Of a stretch of 64,000 nt of DNA, positions 59,155 to 64,000 are shown in pieces; the stretch's first letter is position 1; each line of letters begins with the position of its first letter. The stretch is from Candidatus Nanoarchaeia archaeon. Lineage in GTDB: Archaea > Nanobdellota > Nanobdellia > SCGC-AAA011-G17 > GW2011-AR17. The stretch covers positions 4,912 through 68,911 of the forward strand of contig JBAZYQ010000001.1 of the NCBI GenBank assembly GCA_041659245.1, written 5' to 3'. The notes beneath the pieces are model-generated. The model was not told the DNA's origin. It searched no databases and worked only from the letters and a program-made list of their open reading frames with translations. The translations under genes were made by a program, and so were the position numbers.

Positions 59155-60345
59155 ATGATCTTTAAGAAAGGCGAGCTAAAAGAATTATGGCCGTTCTATT
59201 TATATTACTTGATTTATGGATTTTCATCTCTGGTAATGCCTTTTATGATAATATATTTCAGGGATCTGAACCTGACTTTTTTCCAGATTGCATTAATCAC
59301 GTCGGGTTTCAGCATTGGGATGATGCTTTTTGAAGTGCCGACAGGCGCTTTTGCAGACGGATTGAGCAGAAAAATTTCAGTCATCATTGGCTTTCTGATG
59401 AATGCAGCTGCAATTTTAATGTTCCCTTTTTTTAACAGCCCTTATGTCTTATTTGTGCTTTGGACTTTCGCAGGAATAGGCATGAGCTTTATTAGCGGGG
59501 CAGAGGAAGCATGGGTTGTTGATAACCTGCGCAAGGCGAAACGGAAAGAGTTGCAGCAGGAATATTTTATCAAGGCGGCAAGCATTGCTGCATTTGGGGC
59601 GATATTTGCGCCATTGCTTGGCGCACTTTTTGTCAAATCACATCCAATTAAGTGGCTTTGGCTTATTTTCGGAGCTGGATTTTTGATAAACGCGATTATA
59701 TTATCTCTTTTTGCAAAGGAGCTTTACAAGCCGAAGCGCGTCAGCTTTTTGAAAAGCCTTAAAGAGACGTTTAAGAACGGTGCAAAGGGAATAAAGTTTA
59801 CATTTAGTCACAAGGTTATTCTGCTGCTGGTGTTAGGAGGGGCTTTTGCTATTCTTATGGAATTTGCATCTGACGGTTGGCAGCCTCTTTTAGTCAATTT
59901 TTCAATGCCAAAATACGGGTTGGGCATTATATTCTCTGTTGTGGCTGCAGTTTCAATGGTAGTGCCTTTTTTGTCAAGGCTTTTGCTGAGATTTAAGGTA
60001 AAGAATGTGATAGCAATTACTATTTTATTTAATATGATTTTATTATTTTCACTGATATTCCTATTTCCTCCAATGTTCATGTTTGCAGCTATAATATTCG
60101 TATTTAACAATGGGATTTGGTATTTGAATAACCCGCTTTTGCAATCTTATCTTCATAAATTTATTCCTACAAAAATAAGGGCAACAGTTATTTCTACGAA
60201 AAGCATGTTCAATAAGCTAGTTATAATCTTAGGTTCGCTTGTAGCAGGTGTTTTGATGGACTCTTTTGGTCCACAAAAGATAATTGCCTTAGGCAGTCTG
60301 TTCGGAATTTTCGCTATATTTTGCTACCTTAAGATAAAAGATTAA
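59155..60345 (+). CDS. MFS-superfamily transporter
   Basis: 12 predicted TM in 6+6 arrangement with a central loop, 396 aa; MFS-like GxxxDGLSRK loop 2-3 motif. Confidence 0.8.
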   Translation: MIFKKGELKELWPFYLYYLIYGFSSLVMPFMIIYFRDLNLTFFQIALITSGFSIGMMLFEVPTGAFADGLSRKISVIIGFLMNAAAILMFPFFNSPYVLFVLWTFAGIGMSFISGAEEAWVVDNLRKAKRKELQQEYFIKAASIAAFGAIFAPLLGALFVKSHPIKWLWLIFGAGFLINAIILSLFAKELYKPKRVSFLKSLKETFKNGAKGIKFTFSHKVILLLVLGGAFAILMEFASDGWQPLLVNFSMPKYGLGIIFSVVAAVSMVVPFLSRLLLRFKVKNVIAITILFNMILLFSLIFLFPPMFMFAAIIFVFNNGIWYLNNPLLQSYLHKFIPTKIRATVISTKSMFNKLVIILGSLVAGVLMDSFGPQKIIALGSLFGIFAIFCYLKIKD

Positions 60346-60411
60346 TTCACGCCGCGAGGCTGGCTTTTTCTTGCAAACGCTTATATATTACGAAGTCATA
60401 CCTCCTGTTCT

Positions 60412-61191
60412 ATGGCGAAAAACGCTATTCTCGCACTTCTTGCCGCTTGTTCTATGTATTCTGCAAATGCAAATGCTGAGCAGTGTGTTGACCCTGTGAA
60501 GGAAACAGAGATAGGAGCGACAGCTGCATATACTAATAATCAAAATGAGTTTGGAAACTTGGATGCATTCCAGCTTCGCATCGGCGGAAGCACTGTAACA
60601 AATGTTTATGATAATCTTGATTTGGTTTTGGACAGCGGATATACAATGAATTATTACGGATACGAAAATATAGGGCTTCAGAAAGACTCTGTGACTGATG
60701 TTTCTGCCTTGCTTATGACAAATTACATGTGCGATTATTTTGGAGGCGGGTTGAATGTTGTTTATTACGACGGGTTTGGGGCTTATGATGACGGCTCTGA
60801 CATGAGCCTTACTGACTATTCAATAGGGCCTGCTGCCAGGGCGCAGTTTCTTGCCGAGGACATGGTTTTGACTTTTGATTATTCAATCGGATTTGGCGAG
60901 TACGGCAACAACAGGAACGGCGAGACGTTTAATATCAAGAACCAGTTTGGAATTGGCTTGGATTATAATATTATTGAAGGGCTTTATGCAGAAGCTTATT
61001 CAGAAGTTGTTTACAATTACATGCCTTTTACCTCAAGGCAGACTCTTGAGATTGTTGCAGGCGCTGAGCTGAGCTACAGGTTTGTGAAGTTTATGGCATT
61101 GAATGTATTTTATGAGCATTCCCGGATTTGGGGCGAGCCCACAAGGGAGAATATTGATTCTGTCGGCGGCGGATTGTCGCTGTTTTTCTAG
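60412..61191 (+). CDS. Secreted beta-rich protein (signal peptide, Gly/Tyr/Asn-rich, C-terminal Phe); paralog of 61819..62640
   Basis: MAKNAILALLAACSMYSANANA signal peptide. Alternating hydrophobic/polar pattern suggesting beta-strands; ends …GGGLSLFF. Confidence 0.55.
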   Translation: MAKNAILALLAACSMYSANANAEQCVDPVKETEIGATAAYTNNQNEFGNLDAFQLRIGGSTVTNVYDNLDLVLDSGYTMNYYGYENIGLQKDSVTDVSALLMTNYMCDYFGGGLNVVYYDGFGAYDDGSDMSLTDYSIGPAARAQFLAEDMVLTFDYSIGFGEYGNNRNGETFNIKNQFGIGLDYNIIEGLYAEAYSEVVYNYMPFTSRQTLEIVAGAELSYRFVKFMALNVFYEHSRIWGEPTRENIDSVGGGLSLFF

Positions 61192-61268
61192 CTTCCTGTC
61201 TTGCCTAAAACGTATCTACTTATAAATGACAAATAATAGAAAGGTTTATATATGGGCTTCTCTTTCAA

Positions 61269-61502
61269 ATGACTAAGATTTATGGGGGTAAAATGGATAC
61301 TACACTTGAAAAGTTATGCCAGTATCATAGCTGCAGTGGAAAGGCAATCAGCATAATCTGTGCAAATAAAACAGGCGAGGATCCAATTTATGCGCTTGCA
61401 TGCGAAACCCATGAGCCGGATATTATCAGGGACATGAAAGATTTGTATGTACCCATGGGGTATCTTATTTCAATCCTTGACATTGCGGAGGATATTCAGT
61501 AA
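61269..61502 (+). CDS. Small hypothetical protein (77 aa, Cys-containing)
   Basis: ORF only. CQYHSCSGK…CANKTG…ACETHEPD could be a small metal-binding protein. Confidence 0.3.
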   Translation: MTKIYGGKMDTTLEKLCQYHSCSGKAISIICANKTGEDPIYALACETHEPDIIRDMKDLYVPMGYLISILDIAEDIQ

Positions 61503-61520
61503 AATAAGCAGGGGGATAAA

Positions 61521-61793
61521 ATGGACACAAACAAATTTTTGGACACGATGCTGGAAGACTTTGGGGTAAAAGCGCCTAAAGGCGTATCGCTTACAGTTGC
61601 TGTTAAAAGAAAAGACGGCTGGTCATATGGGGAATACAAGAATCCTGATGTGCTGATTGCTGTCAGCAGAGGAGATGACATACGGCTTTTCCCTGTCTGT
61701 GCAGAGCAGGCAAGGCAGAGGCTAAGCTCGCTGCAGGCATGGTTTGAGACAGATGGATACATAGTCGGGCAATACGATATAATTGTAAAATAA
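61521..61793 (+). CDS. Small hypothetical protein (90 aa)
   Basis: ORF only, in co-directional tandem between the two secreted paralogs. Confidence 0.3.
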   Translation: MDTNKFLDTMLEDFGVKAPKGVSLTVAVKRKDGWSYGEYKNPDVLIAVSRGDDIRLFPVCAEQARQRLSSLQAWFETDGYIVGQYDIIVK

Positions 61794-61818
61794 AAAAATC
61801 TTGAAATAAAAAATCAAA

Positions 61819-62640
61819 ATGACAAAAGGCAAAATAAAAGCAGGACTGGCGGCAATCTTGGCAGCTGCTTCAGTGTCAGCTTCTAATGCAAAAGCAGAGG
61901 ATTTTGTTCCTGAAACAGATGATACAGTTACAATAGCTTTAACAGCAGGATACCAGGACAATAATCTTGAGGATTATTCTTCATTGGATTTTTCAGAAGG
62001 ATGGCAATTAAGAGGGCAGGGAGAATCAGCAGTCACTTTTTATCCCGGAGCGCAGCTTGTCACAAGGGGGCTTTTGGAAATAGACAATGTTAATTATTCA
62101 GACGGCAACGGGGAAAATCTTGTTGTTGACACAGATATTTCTGAATTATGGGAATGGGCTCACAGGGCAGAAACTTACGCATTGAATCTTGGCGCAGGTG
62201 TTAATTTTGACTGCAGGTATGAGACTGGAAATTATCTTGAAGTTCCAATAACAAAAACAATTTGCGGTGCAGGGCCTATGATTGATTTTACAATTGATTC
62301 AGAGTATGTTAATTTCGGGCTTAATTATGCTCTTGATTTTGGCACAATGGGAAATAATGTTCAGGGGTTCAATGATTTGATGAAGCACAAGCTGAGATTA
62401 AATCTTGGATTTCATCTTGGGCCTGTTGATGTTGAGGGCTATGTGCAGGGAGAGTATAATACTGCAATGGAAGGCGCAATAAACAGGGAAAATTTATTTT
62501 TATACGGCGGAACAAATGCAAAAATATGGGTGCATGAGAATGTTGCTTTGCAGGCAGGCTATGAATACATATGGTTTTATGGAGACCAGGACGGCGTTGA
62601 CAGCAATACTTACAGCCTTGGCTTAGTGGGGAGGTTTTGA
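61819..62640 (+). CDS. Secreted beta-rich protein (signal peptide, C-terminal Phe); paralog of 60412..61191
   Basis: MTKGKIKAGLAAILAAASVSASNAKA signal peptide. Shares GNN and alternating-residue blocks with 60412..61191; ends …GLVGRF. Confidence 0.55.
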   Translation: MTKGKIKAGLAAILAAASVSASNAKAEDFVPETDDTVTIALTAGYQDNNLEDYSSLDFSEGWQLRGQGESAVTFYPGAQLVTRGLLEIDNVNYSDGNGENLVVDTDISELWEWAHRAETYALNLGAGVNFDCRYETGNYLEVPITKTICGAGPMIDFTIDSEYVNFGLNYALDFGTMGNNVQGFNDLMKHKLRLNLGFHLGPVDVEGYVQGEYNTAMEGAINRENLFLYGGTNAKIWVHENVALQAGYEYIWFYGDQDGVDSNTYSLGLVGRF

Positions 62641-64000
62641 TGGGAATTAAAAGCTGGCTTAAGAAAACAGGAATGGCAGTTTCATTAGCAGGCGCTTTGA
62701 CCGGTTGCGACATGCTTTCGCCTGAAGGAGAACAGGTAATACAGGATGCTGACGGAGTTTTGACAGCTGAAGAGCAGGCAAATGCCGAGCAGGCTCTTTC
62801 ACCTGACTATTATGCAAATGATTTCATTCCTTTCAAGCCGCTTGTGAATGACTTTAATGTTTTCATGGGAAATGAACTGGTTTCGCAGGGATTAAATGAA
62901 AGAAGGTTTGATGATGAACTGCATGTTTATATGGTAAATGATGAAGCTGAAATGAGAGAAAAATATACATACGGCAACAGGCCATGGGTGCCTCCCGCGT
63001 TTCACGGAGACACAAATTCCACTTTATACATACTGAAGAATTCATATATCCCTGCTGATTTCATAATGGCATTCACGCATGAGTCAGGGCATCATTTCAG
63101 AAGCTCTGCTTATGAGTTTCCTTCAAAGGCGTATGAAATGTATTTTGCATTCAGGGCTTACGGCTTTAACAGGAGAATTGGCTCTTTGTTTGCGGATTAC
63201 GCCTCTCCAGTCCCAATGTCCACTTCAGGGGATGAAAGCAGAAGGTGCCTTCCTGTTGATGAATACTTTGCAGGCGATTATCACAAATATTATTCATTTG
63301 GAGATCTTGGCTTTCTTATACAGGCAAACCTTGAAAACGGGAACCTGGAAAAGGCATTTAACAATATCCTTACAAGGCCCATACTTTATCTTGAGCAAAC
63401 AACTGTTGATGCTGCAAGGCAGTACGGCAACATGTGCGAAGTAGGACTTGGCGAGTTTAGAAAACTGCTGGAAAAGCCGGGCTTCAGGCAGGGGTTATTG
63501 AGGCACATGTCTCCTGAAGAGGCAAATGAGTTTACTGATTATCTGCTCATTAATGCAAATGACATTATGTCTGCTGTAAAATCAAACGAGGGCATGTATC
63601 CCAATATTTTGGAAAGGCAGGAGATGCTCCGCAATGAAGAACAATTCCTTGATTCATATCCTAATAACCCTTTTTTCAGGGGAAATGTTACTGAAATGAT
63701 TTCATATGGATATTACCTGAATGCATTGGACCTGCTTAACGATTCTGCGCAAATGGCTACAAATGCAGGGATAGTAAAAGCACATAAAATTGCAACAGAC
63801 ATAATCGCCTTAAATAAGGATTATCCGTGCCAGTATAAATTCTATGAGTGCATGGGCAAGGCTGCTGCAGTGAGGGCTTCACAAGCGCTAGGTTATTTAC
63901 TTGCAACATATTATCCAAATGAGCTCATAGCTTCAGGAGTTGAAACGCCTGAGACACTAATCTTAATACCTAATGAATATGCTTCAAAGTTTTATTCAAA
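62639..64000 (+). CDS. 3'-truncated CDS: lipoprotein-like secreted protein with HExxH zinc-metallopeptidase motif
   Basis: ATG overlaps the upstream stop (ATGA). Signal plus lipobox-like LAGALTGC; AFTHESGHHF (HExxH). Frame is open to the window end. Confidence 0.5.

Noticed and set aside
60412-62640. Possibility that the contig is bacterial or chimeric because of OMP-like secreted proteins
   Set aside because: The 16S signatures, rRNA operon type and STT3/AglB (WWDYG) in the same contiguous window are archaeal. Base composition is uniform across the window, so a chimera is not supported by anything visible. Homologue searches are still recommended.

Overview
AT-rich (~35% GC) archaeal window, probably from a small-genome DPANN-like archaeon. 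The archaeal assignment rests on 16S signatures (TTATTGGGCCTAAAGCG, 16S-tRNA-Ala(TGC)-23S operon) and an STT3/AglB gene carrying the WWDYGYW motif. Positions ~500-53700 form one large cell-surface glycosylation island around aglB. It contains: nucleotide-sugar pathways (Gmd plus two Rmd-like reductases; a GmhA/GHMP-kinase/GmhB/guanylyltransferase set for GDP-heptose; an aminotransferase + 3,4-ketoisomerase-like cupin + TylC3-like C-methyltransferase set; UDP-sugar dehydrogenase and a UXS-like SDR); four GT2 polyprenol-phosphate-sugar-synthase-like genes, each beside a polytopic GT-C-like membrane protein; two GT4s, another GT2, and Wzx-like and LPG-synthase-type flippases; six class I SAM methyltransferases; and six paralogous cobalamin-binding (class B) radical SAM enzymes. 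The six radical SAM genes interleaved with glycosyltransferases and methyltransferases are the most unusual content. A four-domain fusion protein (GtrA-like x2 / RPE-like / nucleotidyltransferase / histidine phosphatase) is also notable. The remainder holds an rRNA operon with visible processing stems and no linked 5S, an MFS transporter, two paralogous secreted beta-rich proteins, and a 3'-truncated HExxH metalloprotease-like lipoprotein. No CRISPR, transposase or integrase was seen.
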